Shown: positions 25,909 to 37,616, counted from the first letter of the stretch. The stretch: DNA of 64,000 bases from Eremomyces bilateralis CBS 781.70 (GCA_010015585.1 ML975156.1), one strand, 5' to 3'. Notes: generated by a model not told the origin, from the sequence alone. Translations and numbers: made by a program.

Positions 25909-26982
25909 TCACCCCTTGCCGGCAGCTTGTGTCCTTACAATAACTAGCCAGATTGTTTGCGCAGATAAATTCAGTGGCAAAACCTTTGCTGAGCTACCTT
26001 CTGCGCTCGAGCTAGCCTCTCCACCTGAGGCTGAGGCAGCAGGCTCGTCCGACTCTTTCTTCACGTCTGTAGGAATTTCAGCGGGAAATACGGGCATTAT
26101 CCGTGGCTCTTCGTCGAGTCGTTCGCCTTGGATGTCAACATCTTCGAGAATATCCCTTAGTGCTCTCAGCTGGATACCACCGCTGGCAGACTGCGAGTTA
26201 ACCGTGTTAAGCACCTGTGCAACTGACACCCCAACCAGGTTACAAAGCTCTTCAGTAGTCATCAAAGATAATTGCAGCCCTCTGGAATATAGCCAGTCTT
26301 TATTTGCCGCCGCCGCGTACGCCTCCGCTCGGCCTCGGGGTGTTTGCGGGTTCGCTGCTGTGGTAATCGCGTTACCAGGAAGCGATAGAACCGAGCCAAC
26401 TAGACGAGTAGCAGTGCCCACAGTCAATCTAACTGCTCCACCAATGGCACCTCCAACGACGCTGAGGATATTTCCCTTTTTCGCATGCTTGCCAAGGTCC
26501 TTGACTATTGGTTTGGCGTGATTTACGGTATCTTTGCAGAACTGCTGAGGCACCTTTCCGAGCCCAGCAGCGATATCACCAGCATGGCTGATGGCTCGCT
26601 TCCCGACACGCGCAGTCAAGAATGCGGATATTGTATCCACAAAAGAGTACCAAGTCATCGCTGGGATGCCATGCCTTAACAGCGACGGAGGATAAGCTGC
26701 GAGAAACGGTGATGCCGGATCGGGATATCTCTGGGGTATCGCAATTGGTCTGCGACCGGTGGGAGGAGGTGTATTACCAAGAGGTAGATTTGTAGATGGG
26801 AAGGTGAACGGAGAAGAGACTGTCGGTCCTAGTGGTGCTGTCGATGGCCCATCATTTGATATATTTGCGCTTGGGGATGGACTTTCCACGGTTTCCTGGT
26901 ATGTTGGTAGCTGAGAGTCGTGTTCCTCTTTTCCGCGTGCGACATGCTTGACACCATTGCCGTCATGGCTCATTCCGCCCAT
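25909..26982 (-). CDS. Uncharacterised fungal protein (357 aa, intronless)
   Basis: Long ATG ORF with RPIAIPQ..PFLAAYPPSL..GI motif and Gly/Ala-rich zipper-like centre; resembles BuaE-type proteins from memory only. Confidence 0.75.
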   Translation of the reverse strand: MGGMSHDGNGVKHVARGKEEHDSQLPTYQETVESPSPSANISNDGPSTAPLGPTVSSPFTFPSTNLPLGNTPPPTGRRPIAIPQRYPDPASPFLAAYPPSLLRHGIPAMTWYSFVDTISAFLTARVGKRAISHAGDIAAGLGKVPQQFCKDTVNHAKPIVKDLGKHAKKGNILSVVGGAIGGAVRLTVGTATRLVGSVLSLPGNAITTAANPQTPRGRAEAYAAAANKDWLYSRGLQLSLMTTEELCNLVGVSVAQVLNTVNSQSASGGIQLRALRDILEDVDIQGERLDEEPRIMPVFPAEIPTDVKKESDEPAASASGGEASSSAEGSSAKVLPLNLSAQTIWLVIVRTQAAGKG

Positions 26983-27604
26983 GCTGGCATATAATAGTGG
27001 CCGTGAAGATGAGGTGAAGACTCTAGAACTGTTTACTGTAGATAAAAAGCCGTTCGTGAGGTTGGATTAGTTGCCCGCTGTCAAAGTATAAGTTCTCCAC
27101 GCTTTACATACTGCAGCGATGGCCTGTAAAGGTTGTGAGGAGCCATGAGTATACGTAGTAAGCTTCGTCATTCCCGACTACGGAGGCGCAGCAGATCTGC
27201 TAAGCCCCACGCTAATCCTCTCTCTTCTAATTACATGTACTATCCGTGCCCATATCTGTCGCCCCACACCGTCCTACGTACGTAACTAGTATATGAAAAC
27301 GGATAAACAGAATTACCCGACATGCCAGCGCTAAACTATACATGAATTTGGTAGCACACAGTCTACGGAGTAAATGTGTGTGCTACCGAAATTGCCTCGC
27401 CGTTTTCTGCGGACTTTCCGCCTAGGCGAAACGCCTTTGTTTCGTTATCGGCAGTGCCCAAAACTCTCTGCTACGGTGCCAAGACCCTGCGGGGGCTCAC
27501 CACGCCGGATCCTTGCTCTAACTACCGTAATTAGTCCAAACTGGGAGGGATCCGATTTTGGATTCCATCTCCCAAGTTTTGGTATTTCGACCTTCGCAAC
27601 TGCT

Positions 27605-27649
27605 ATGCCTCCATGCTAATTTCGAAAGCATGATGGTGTTAAACGCTAT
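27605..27649 (+). repeat. Direct repeat copy B (partner 25411-25455)
   Basis: atgcctccatgctaatttcgaaagcatgatggtgttaaacgctat. Confidence 0.85.
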
Positions 27650-27669
27650 ATAAGATCTTAGCGCGACTA

Positions 27670-27947
27670 TGTTATGGTCCCGGGCCTGTGGCCTGGGCCT
27701 TTGAGTATGGCTGACGCCACAGGGATGTGGCTAGTGGATGGCATGGAGGATTATCAAGGAGATAGTCATATAGAAGCTATGTTAGGACGGAGCTGTGTTA
27801 AGGAGCTGTGTTGAGCTGTGTTAGGATAGCAGAGAGAAGAGTTTATACCTCGCGCACAAAGGCGCTGGGAGATTTCTTCCTTCTCTCTCTTCAGTTTAGA
27901 TTAATGGAACTTGGTAATCGCAGACCTTGCGCATCCAAACCGTGTCA
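27670..27947. mobile_element. Probable solo LTR (278 bp)
   Basis: Starts TGTTATGG, ends CCGTGTCA; flanking 5-mers GACTA / GGCTG differ only by two G/A transitions; internal GAGCTGTGTT repeats. Confidence 0.5.
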
Positions 27948-27996
27948 GGCTGTCAGCTACGCCTAGTTGAGAGATTATTTTCCACCATTGCTAGCC

Positions 27997-28048
27997 GGGG
28001 GGAAAATCTCACAGGGGGGGAAATCTCAAATACGGGGGGGAAATCTCA
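27997..28048 (+). repeat. Three copies of G6-7 AAATCTCA, likely a DNA-transposon end
   Basis: ggggggaaaatctca, gggggggaaatctca, gggggggaaatctca in close tandem. Confidence 0.65.
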
Positions 28049-28469
28049 CCAGCTTTGCACGTTGCAAAGGTTGTGTTCACCCCAAGGCCTACTTATCATC
28101 CCCTCACACAGCGGCTTGTATTTTAGATCTTCTTTCCTCCTTTGTAGATTGATTCTCGTATATCACGAATCACAGAGTTTGACCTCATCCTTTCGTGCCC
28201 TGATACTCTTATACGATAATATAGTTAATTGTTTATGTATTGTACATATAAGAGTCTTGGGCTGTACGCCCAGACTATTGGTTACGAACTATCGGCTTTA
28301 GAGGCCTCCAACCAAAGTATTCGGGAAGGTGCAGAGGATGGCAAACGTGCATTTAGAACTTCGGGAGGAGAGGCCTTTTTCTCTTCTTCTTCTTTTCTCC
28401 AGTAATTCGATAACGTCCCTACCATTCATAATCCTCATTTATTGTGAACCCTCACAGTACAGAGTATAA

Positions 28470-29321
28470 TCATAGATTAGAAGAGACCCACTGTGGCTTC
28501 TTCTTTGCTGCAAATGCTGCCAGACCAATTCTAGCATTCTCGCCCCTCATCAGCTTCTCCGCCCACCGATCGCCAGTAAGCTGCGTGGCTCTCTCCACGC
28601 TGGCCGTCTCCCAAGCCTCACGGAGTCCCTGCCGGGTGACAAACGTCGCATCCGGAGAGATATCAGCTATATGTCTCGCCAATTTCAGTGCTTCCTCCAC
28701 GACAGACTCGGGCGTCTGCGCAATCACGTTGACCAAGTGAAACCCCTTTGCCTCCTGTGCTGACAGCCTGCGTCCCGTAAGCCCGATCTCAGAGCCGATT
28801 TGCAGACCACAGTTGCGTACCACTCGCGCGAGTCCTCCAGCTCCGGCATATAGGCCGACAGTTGACTCGGGCAGACCAAACGATGCCTTTGGGGATGCGA
28901 CGACAAGATCGCAGTTTAAGCAGATCTCGAACCCCCCTCCAAGCGCAAAGCCATTGATAGCAGCGATGACCGGCTTTTTCCCAAGCCGTCTGCTCAGAGC
29001 TGCAAAGCCTCCTGGTGGGTGCGAGGATCGAGAGACGTTGGTGGATTCTGCTCGCTTCTTGTTCTGCTCGATGAGGTCTTGGCCGGCGCAGAAGGCCTTC
29101 GTCCCGGATCCGGTGATAATGGCGACGCGTAGGTTGGGCTCGTTGTCGAACCACTGGAAGAGGTCGTGCGCTTCCCAGTGTCCGGCTATCGGGATCGAGT
29201 TCATGGCTTGGGCCCTATCGATGGTGACGAGAAGGACATAAGGACTCGGGTACAAAAGCAAGAATGTCGTGGTTTGAGGAGGAAGCGTAGTAAAGTTCTT
29301 GGCTCCACAGTCTTCCGCCAT
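28470..29321 (-). CDS. Enoyl-CoA hydratase/crotonase family protein (SidH/CaiD-like), C-terminal SNL
   Basis: AFCAGQDL, KPVIAAINGFALGGGFE, FGLPE (both catalytic Glu present); intronless 283 aa. Confidence 0.93.
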   Translation of the reverse strand: MAEDCGAKNFTTLPPQTTTFLLLYPSPYVLLVTIDRAQAMNSIPIAGHWEAHDLFQWFDNEPNLRVAIITGSGTKAFCAGQDLIEQNKKRAESTNVSRSSHPPGGFAALSRRLGKKPVIAAINGFALGGGFEICLNCDLVVASPKASFGLPESTVGLYAGAGGLARVVRNCGLQIGSEIGLTGRRLSAQEAKGFHLVNVIAQTPESVVEEALKLARHIADISPDATFVTRQGLREAWETASVERATQLTGDRWAEKLMRGENARIGLAAFAAKKKPQWVSSNL

Positions 29322-29565
29322 TGTAGAAACGGTGCGATGTGTGATCTGTTGTGGTTTACAGTTTGTTACTGTTGTTGAGGGTGGCTCTTTGTATTAAAGA
29401 GGCCTTAAAAACTGGGCAATGCATATATAAATTTGAGGATAAATATGTGACAGGTTTGGGCCCATGAAAATATGCGCCTACATAAAGCGCAGTCGATAAT
29501 AAATGGCTTGGTAGACCACATCTTGTAAATGCCGCAGAAATGTTGCAGAAGTAATAAGATCTGTC

Positions 29566-29583
29566 TGTCACGTATTGATGACA
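29566..29583. promoter_or_regulatory. Cluster palindrome TGTCA-N8-TGACA (crotonase promoter)
   Basis: tgtca cgtattga tgaca. Confidence 0.7.
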
Positions 29584-30176
29584 TTGAGCCTCTTTTCAAC
29601 TAGTTAGATGGTCTTTGGAAAACCGATAGCACAGGCGGTAGGGTGCCTAGCCAACGGGCGGGTACTAGGCGCGGTAAATCGAATATCCGGCGCCCTTGGT
29701 TCGAATTAGGCTCTGTGAGACCTAGTTAAATTAAATGCCTAGTTAGTTGATAGGCAGTCTAGTGCCCGTGGTAGGGCTCTCGAAACCGCTTATATAATCA
29801 AGCCACTCTCTCGGCGAGCAAGAACTTTTGAAATGGAGTGTGCCAAAACTTTATTGACGCACCTCCGTACTCTATCTACAAGCTCACATCATGTCCCAAT
29901 TACTAGCTTTATTCCTTGATGCTAGACTAGCTGAAAATAAGCTTTCCTGCGTAAAGTGCCCGGATTCAGCTACTCTCAATTTTTCTTTGCTGGTCTATCG
30001 AGATCCTCTTCACTTAACCAAACGGTTGTATATTTTATTGGTATACCTGTGATAGAGAAATTAAAAGATGCTTAGGAATTTCAACAAGCTGCGAGCAAAG
30101 GGCACACTTACCCATATCAAAAGGAAAAACGCAGGACCACAATGTATATCTCCTCAAAAGTAGTGTGACAGAGAAA

Positions 30177-30218
30177 ACGTAATCTGCCAGCGAGTCGCCC
30201 AAACCACTGAGTCGCTCA
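30177..30218 (+). mobile_element. Degenerate orphan pogo-type TIR
   Basis: ACGTAATC followed by tandem GAGTCGC-containing units; expected TA target not preserved. Confidence 0.35.
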
Positions 30219-30859
30219 TCTCAACCATGGCCTACTATTATAACTAGAATATCTCGATACCCACGGAAGCTTTTTATTAGTTAGAAAGTAGGCTAGGATC
30301 AATGATTTCTGGTATAGCTATTTGAGGCATTAAATAGGTCTTAACTCGATGTTGTAAGATTATGAAGATGTGCAAGAGTTAAGATGTGTCGCAAGGTGCC
30401 CTGTTGATTCCAATGCCACGCAGCATTCCATTCGCAGCCCATTACCCCTGAGCTAAGCCTAATCAGGACTCCTCAGTCTTGATTTATGTCCCAGTTATCT
30501 TCAACTGTTTTGCTAGTTAGCTAGATCTCTTTTGGGAGAGAATGGGAATAATAGTCAATACCAATTTGCGTTGTGACTCTGGAGTAACTGAGCTTAAGCT
30601 GCGAACGTGCTTAATCATCACCCACGCGTAATGCGACAAGATGTCTCTAGTATTTCGATAGGACTATTTTCTAAAGTTTACAATTGTCACGGCTGCACTT
30701 TTCGTTGCTTTCTAGCCTTGATGGATGGATCCCTTGGCCTGGCGAGAGGTGAAGTATGTTGTGTAACCGTTGATAGCAAATACAAGCATTAGGTTCTTAG
30801 ATATTACATTTGGATTATCTCATTACGACCTTTATAAGAACATGCTCATAACTCGCCGA

Positions 30860-32057
30860 TCACAGCTTCGACTTATTGCCACTATCTAGCGTCTGCGCAC
30901 CCTCTGCAAGCAACTCCGCGGCTTCCTCAACCATCTCATCCACAATCGTCTTTGCCCTCTTCCTTTCCTTCACCTCCGCCGCCACCTTCCCCATAATCAT
31001 TGGAAACGCATTTTCAGTGAGCTCGGCATCATCAGGAAACTTGTCAAAGTCGTTCTGAAGAGGTATAATACCCTTCGCTTGCAGCGCCTGCATTTCATCC
31101 TGCCGCTTGCTAATCCACCGCTCGATGTACGGCGTCGACCGGACGTGCATCGGGCGCCCGGAGAAGATGGTTGTCCGCACAATTTGCCCATGGTCGGCGG
31201 AGCGCACGGCCTCTTGGTGCTCTGCGCCCGATCCGGACTCCTCACAGAGGATGAACCGCGTGCCGACCCAGATGGCCTGGGCGCCGAGCATCATCGCGCC
31301 TGCGAGGGAATGGCCATTGTGCATGCCGCCGCCGCCGACGAGCTGGATCTCCTTGTCGGTGAACTTGCTGATCTGGCCTTTGATGATCTTCTTCACAGCG
31401 GGGATGAGGATGACTGTTGGAACATCGCCTGTGTGGCCCCCTGCCTCACCGCCGGCGGCACAGAGGAGGTCGGCACCGAGATCGATGGCCCGCTGCGCGT
31501 GCTTGGGATGGCCTATCATGTTCATGTATAAGACGCCTCCGGCATGGAGGCGGTCGACGACTGCTTGAGAAGGTATACCGACAGCGCAGACGAAGAGTTT
31601 TGCTCCACCTTCAACGATGACGTCTATTAAGTCCATGATCCTGCCTTTGTTATAGTCATAGCTATTGAGAGCAAGGTTAGCTTGTTTTCTGAAAGTGGTT
31701 CCCGTAGGAGACCTGCGACCTACTTTGTTGCTCTTGCGCCGTTGCCGACCTTTGGAATCAGCAGATCCACCCCAAACGGCGCATTCTTGTCGACAAGATA
31801 TGACTTCAGTTCTGCGATTGACTCTCGCAGGAGCTGGGGCGTGTACATCCCACCGCCGATAACACCGAGCCCTCCGGCATTTGTGACTGCGGCGGCAAGC
31901 TTGGGTGAAGCGGTCTTGTTCATTCCGGCGAGCAGGACAGGATGCTTAATACCTAGAAGGTCTGTCGCTCCGGTGCGGATCTTCTCTGCGTCGGTACGTG
32001 AGCTGCATAGTCCATTGAAGGTATGAGGAGAGGAGAAGAGTTACGTGGCGATGCCAT
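30860..32057 (-). CDS. Nitronate monooxygenase / FabK-like FMN flavoprotein with PTS1 (SKL)
   Basis: HPVLLAGM, AAAVTNAGGLGVIG, PFGVDLLIP, GGEAGGHTG, WVGTRF; ends KSKL; two introns. Confidence 0.92.
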
Positions 32058-32313
32058 TTTGTGTGGAGGCAAGATTGGTGTATGTTCAAGACTCGGTTTT
32101 TGGGTTGTTGTTTCAGAAAATAGAATGAGGCCTCAATTGCAACTTATTTGCCCCTGGCATCTTGGATATTTCATCGATTATCTTCTCTTCTACTTGACGC
32201 CTCGGCGAAAACATAGGTTTTGGACTTTGGACTCTAGCTCAGGGATTTTGTCGAGTATATCCCTGGTATGGACCCTTCTTGCATGTTATGAAAGTAGTTA
32301 CTGCCATCAGGTC

Positions 32314-32331
32314 TGTCAGAAAAAGATGACC
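32314..32331. promoter_or_regulatory. Cluster palindrome TGTCA-N8-TGACC (NMO/ALDH divergent promoter)
   Basis: tgtca gaaaaaga tgacc. Confidence 0.7.
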
Positions 32332-32784
32332 TGACCGCTTTGGCTCCCTCATAAACATCCACGCATAACTTTTATAGTCCCCGACATATTAGATTAGAGG
32401 AGATACGTAGAGAAACCTACGCATTCTATTATTCACGTGGGTGACTGCTGTTCATGCAGAAATCTGGATATCCCAAGGGCTCTGATAGTCTCCCCTGTCG
32501 TACTCCGTAAAAGGCTTTGCGACCAGTAATGGGAACGAAGTGAGCACCCATCCCCATGCTATTTATGGATATCACAAAGCATTTCCCCTAGACTTACCCT
32601 CTTCAAGAAAACAAGCGGATGCGCGGTGTTGAGTACTGAGACGAGAAATAAACCCTAATATGTGATACTAACATGAAAGAATAAACTTTAAGCTCTTGTT
32701 TCTATCTTGACTTTGTAAAAACACGTCAATATGGAATTTGGTGTAGGCCAAAGTTACAAAGTTAAGGTTAGAGTGTATTTGTGC

Positions 32785-32802
32785 TGTCAGACATTTCCGA
32801 CA
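32785..32802. promoter_or_regulatory. Cluster palindrome variant TGTCA-N8-CGACA (ALDH-proximal)
   Basis: tgtca gacatttc cgaca, one mismatch. Confidence 0.55.
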
Positions 32803-32937
32803 GAACATATAAACGTAATATTGTTGCTTGCATACACATATGGTCGAAAACATATAGTTTCAAGCCTCCCCATGTTTCTCCCACAATAGCGGCAGAACAC
32901 AATTGTACCCAGGAAAATAACTGCCTACAGTCGAGAA

Positions 32938-34516
32938 ATGGCCGCCAAGCTCATCACAAACGATGTCCCATCAAAGCTATTCCTAAACAACGAGGTCAGG
33001 ATCTTAAACCATACACATGGATACCTAACTGACCAAACTTCCAGTGGGTGGCCGGCTCCGGCCCCTCTCTCACAATCACCAACCCCAAAGACTCCAGCAT
33101 CGTCACCTCTCTCCAGGAAGCCAGTCCGTCCGACCTAGACATAGCCGTCCAGTACGCCACCGAAGCGTTTGAGTCGGGTCCCTGGTCGACCTTCCCCGCC
33201 CTCAAGCGCGCGGAATGCATGAACAAACTCGCCGACCTGCTCGAGGCGCATGTGGAGGAGATCGCCTATTTGGAGAGCGTGGCCTCTGGGCGCCTGCTGT
33301 CCATGGTGAGGTATGAGATCCCGCTTGTTGCGCGGGTATTCAGGTGTAAGTCTGCGTGCACTCGCCTCCCTGCGGTGACGTGAGGTTGGAAATGTGCTGA
33401 CAATACGTAGACTATGCGGGCTGGGCCGACAAAATAAAAGGCGACGCCTACCCCCCCGACGACGGACACTTCAAGTTCGTCTCCCACGTTCCCCTCGGCG
33501 TCTGTGCCGGCATAACCGCCTGGAACGCCTCGCTCCACTTCCTCGCCTGGAAATCCGCCCCAGCGCTCGCAACCGGTAACACCGTCATCATCAAGCCGTC
33601 TGAGAAATCCCCGCTCGGGTCCCTGGCCATCGGCTATTTGATCGCCGCCGCCGGATTCCCGCCCGGCGTTTTCCAGATCCTGCCGGGTGGTGGCGCGCTC
33701 GGGGCGGCGATAAGCGGACATATGCGGATTGCGAAGGTGAGCTTTACGGGGAGTACGGCAACGGGGGTGAAGATCCAGGAGGCAGCGGCAAGGAGCAATC
33801 TCAAGCGTGTCACTCTTGAGCTGGGAGGCAAAAGCCCGTCCATTGTCTTTGACGATGCTGACATTCCATCGGCAGTCCAGTGGGCGGTCAGAGGCATTAC
33901 TATCAACTCGGGGCAGGTCTGTGCTGCTTCTTCGCGTTTGTATGTTCACGAAAGTATTATGGAGCCCTTTATGGGGGCCCTGAAAGATGCATTTGAAGGG
34001 ATTGGAAATGCCCTTGGTGAGGATCCACAACAGCTCGCAACAACGTTTGGTCCGGTGATCGACGAGGAGCAGTTCAAGAAGATTTGGGAGTATATTGAAG
34101 CTGGTAAGAAGTCGAGTGCTCAGCTACTCACAGGAGGATCGAAGTATGACGGAAACGGAACATATATCGCGCCAACAATCTTTGTCAACCCACCCGAGGA
34201 CTCGGTGATCTACAAGGAGGAGATCTTCGGCCCAGTTCTGTGCGCCAAATCTTTCAAGACGGAAGAGGAGGTGCTCAAGTGGGCGAATGACACGCAGTAC
34301 GGACTTGCCGCTGCGATATTCACAAAAGAGCTTTCCAGGGCTTTGAGGGTGAGCTCGAAGCTTCAAGCTGGCACTGTTTCGGTCAATTGCGCTTTGTCAG
34401 TTGGTCCTCAGGTTCCGATGGGAGGAATGAAAATGAGCGGGAGTGGGCGCGAGCTTGGAGAATATGCTCTGAGGCATTACACTGAGCCGAAAACCACTTG
34501 GATCAGGTTAGAATAA
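32938..34516 (+). CDS. NAD(P)-dependent aldehyde dehydrogenase
   Basis: AWN, IKPSEKSP, SFTGST, TLELGGKSP, NSGQVC (catalytic Cys), EEIFGPV, GGMKMSGSGRE; two introns. Confidence 0.95.
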
Positions 34517-34823
34517 GTGCAATAATTAAAGGTTAAGCAGTTCTGGTCACCGAAAAACACAGGCGCATGACCACGATTGTAGACTCTCACTGATTATCGA
34601 AGTATCGACATATTCATTTGTCCTACTTCCCGCTGAAGAGTTGCATGTATGTGTTTGATAGTAGGTCTATTCATGGCTGTGGTCCTTTACAAGCGTTTAA
34701 ATCTGCTTTCACTTACCTCTAGAACTACGCTAGCATGCATATAACTGCTCAGAAACATATAATCCTCCACTCCTACATGACTAAATCTATCTAAATCGGT
34801 TTGTCGGTATTTACCAAGCAACT

Positions 34824-36839
34824 TCACATTTCAGGGAGTATCCTCGAAGAGTACATCGGATACAACGCCGTAACTGCGAATGTCAGTCACTAAACCGGTG
34901 AGCTGTCAAGGAGAAAACTCACCACCAGTGCAATCAAGCCAAGGGTACGCCATCTCAAACTCCTTACTCAGTTTCCAGCGGTCCAGATTGTCGAGCCCCC
35001 ATCTCGATGACAATGGTTGCTTATCTGCGATAAGCCTGTTAAAGGGCGGTGAGCCCCTTACCGTAGTAGACGATGGCTGGTACCCAGGAAGCGTGGGGTC
35101 TGGCAGCTGCTGCATCGTGTGTTTGAGGCACTGGAAAATTTCCTCGGTGCCTGGCGCGCTTCCGCTACACATGAAGCCCTCAAATTCTGCGCTGAAATTG
35201 CTAGACTCTGAATTGGAAGAACTAAAAAGAGGGTCAGTGGAGGTAAATGCAGGGTAAGGAGGTATGCATACCCAGTTTCAAGTGATGACGCCACTTGAGA
35301 AAACACCCGAGTAATGAACGCATCATGGATGTTGATGGCCGCATGGAACTCTGGAAACTCAATAACCGTATGCAGAACGATATCATGACAGACACCAGAC
35401 AGCTCGTATGTTCCCTGCTTATATATTAGTTGATCCCTTATCGAGGGCCAATTGACAAAACTGATAGCGAGCGGGTGATCCGGGCGCATAAACTGCAGCG
35501 GCGTCGGCTTGAACGGCTCGGAGATTGCAGTCCGATTACTCGCGTTCGCCGCGAGCCGCCACAAAAGTACCTTCTCCATGCTTTCATTCGCACCAACACC
35601 GTATAGGTAGTTGGTTAGCCCGCTCATTTTGGAGGTCAGGCTGATGCCGGCCTTGGCGATGATCGCCACAACGGGGTAGCTGATGCTGTTGTCTAGGGTC
35701 GCGATGGCTGCGCGCAGGGGCTCGTAGCACGAGGACGGCTGTTCGAGACCGCGAGCGACGCCGTGACCTTGCAGACCGAGCTCCTCCAATAGGTACCAAA
35801 GACAGGCTTCTTCGACCCTCCAGACGACCATTTCTGACTGGGACGACAACCAGCGTCTGGGAATTTCGGCTGGGACATGATCTGGGATTTGGGGAAAGAA
35901 CTCGTAGGCCGATGAGAAGTCCATGTCAGCACCCCAATCGAGCAGATTCAGCATGGGATCGATAAAGCAGAGCTCCTTGTGGAATTCGCCTTTTGCGGGA
36001 CCGGGCCCCTCGTCGCCCTCTACGACGTACCCAGACTCAAGCCTGACATTGTATGCAGGTCCACTTGTATGGAGCGCCTTTTGAGCTGGTAGACCAGAAG
36101 CATGGGAGCTGGAGGATCCCAGAGAGCCATGTGGCGTAGAATTGGTTTCAGGAGCCAATGACAGGGACATTCCGTCCAAGTCTCGATGTTTCTGGCGTTG
36201 GAGCTGCATAGCCATCTCTTCATCGTAAGCTGGGATCTGGTCCCTATCATCTCCGGAATCACTTCCAGCATCCCCTACACTCAGTGCCGGATTCAGCGGT
36301 GATCCTGGCGCGAAGCTTGCACTTAGACTAGAGATATTCTTCGCTTTCCGTTTCAACGAGATTTCTTGACTGGTTTTGCTGAATAACTTGTCGAATATCG
36401 CATCATCTAGAGCCAGGGGGTAAGAATCTTGCTGAAAGTCCTAAACTTCCCGAGCAACAGACATACCTGCAACGGCCGACAATGCCGCACTCAGCGAGAG
36501 TGTTTTCTTCCTCATCCTCAACAGCGCCTCCCGCAAATCTTTGTTTTCTTCGATCAACGCCAGCTGATTGCTCATCAGGGCGGCTCTGAGGCTGCTATGG
36601 TCCGCATCCTCACCCGTCGAGATCTTCATGATGCTCGCTAGCGTTTCCAGCTGCTTGGAGTGTGCAAGCTGCCGCTCACGGAGACACTGTTGCGATATCC
36701 GGTTCTGTTCTCTTTTTCGGTTGATCCGTTCCTGCTCATGGCGAGTCTTTCCATCAGTAGCGGTCTGCTTTTTTCTGGCGTTTCCTTGTCTTCCGACGCC
36801 TCGGTTGGAGGTCCGGACGCCAGTGGTATTCGAAACCAT
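34824..36839 (-). CDS. bZIP transcription factor with DUF3425-like C-terminal domain
   Basis: Basic region RKREQNRISQQCLRER, coiled coil LIEENKDLREALL, C-terminal HPLAISFVNWPSIRDQLI and WKLSKEF..YPWL; last exon ends ..ILPEM*. Confidence 0.82.
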
Positions 36840-36975
36840 GCTGCTGTGAGGCTGGCGTATGATGGGGAGCTTGTCCACTTGTCGTCGACGGGAATCACCT
36901 GCTGAGGTTTGGTTTTCAAAGATATCAGAATATGGGTGAGGACAGGACGAGAGCAGGAACCCTTGGGAATACAAC

Positions 36976-37179
36976 TAGGCCTCGGATGGGGTCGGGTTAT
37001 CTTGGCGTGCGGTTGAGGTGGGTGGGGCTTTATAAACCTAGCACCCTAAGTCCCTAACCCCAACCCAACCCGCAGGCTCAGACAATAATAAGGTAAAACC
37101 CGCCGCGGGTGAGGTTCTTAGCAACCCCAACCGCAAACCCTGGGGTAATGGGGTTAAACCCCGCCCCATCCGAGGCCTA
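36976..37179. mobile_element. hAT-like MITE (204 bp) with perfect 16-bp TIRs
   Basis: TAGGCCTCGGATGGGG (36976-36991) and CCCCATCCGAGGCCTA (37164-37179); interior rich in AACCC/GGGTT; no TSD visible. Confidence 0.7.
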
Positions 37180-37548
37180 AGTGAGGGCGGGGTTGTGGGG
37201 TTGTGGAGACATTTGTGTAGACTTTGATACAAATATCCTGCGCTATTGTCATAGTGCCATTCCTTCGTGTTACCTGATTCGTGTTATGAGTGATGTATAA
37301 ATAAATATAGCCGTTCATAACTAATGCATACCGTTCAACTCCGCATACATCTTGACTTCAAACACCTCAAACTTGTATATACACATATACGACATACTAC
37401 CAGCAGGAGGGGGATACAAGGGAACCACGGGATTGATTGACGTTGATAAGATACCGAACATTTGCTCCTCAGCTTCACTCCTCTTCTTGCTTTCGCCATG
37501 CACAAACCATACAAACCTCCTACAGTAGCAGAACACTTATCCTCGTAT

Positions 37549-37551
<3 letters not shown>

Positions 37552-37584
<33 letters not shown>
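37552..37584 (+). repeat. (CAT)11 microsatellite downstream of the ADH stop
   Basis: 11 perfect CAT units. Confidence 0.95.
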
Positions 37585-37585
<1 letters not shown>

Positions 37586-37616
37586 GATCAAAGGTAGAGC
37601 GTGACACTGATAAATC

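Noticed and set aside
28470..29321. Siderophore cluster (sidH with the CoA ligase as sidI)
   Set aside because: No NRPS, ornithine monooxygenase or transacylase in the window; the similarity is only at family level.
37030..37160. Interstitial telomeric repeats
   Set aside because: AACCC motifs are irregular and lie inside the TIR-bounded MITE, not in tandem TTAGGG arrays.
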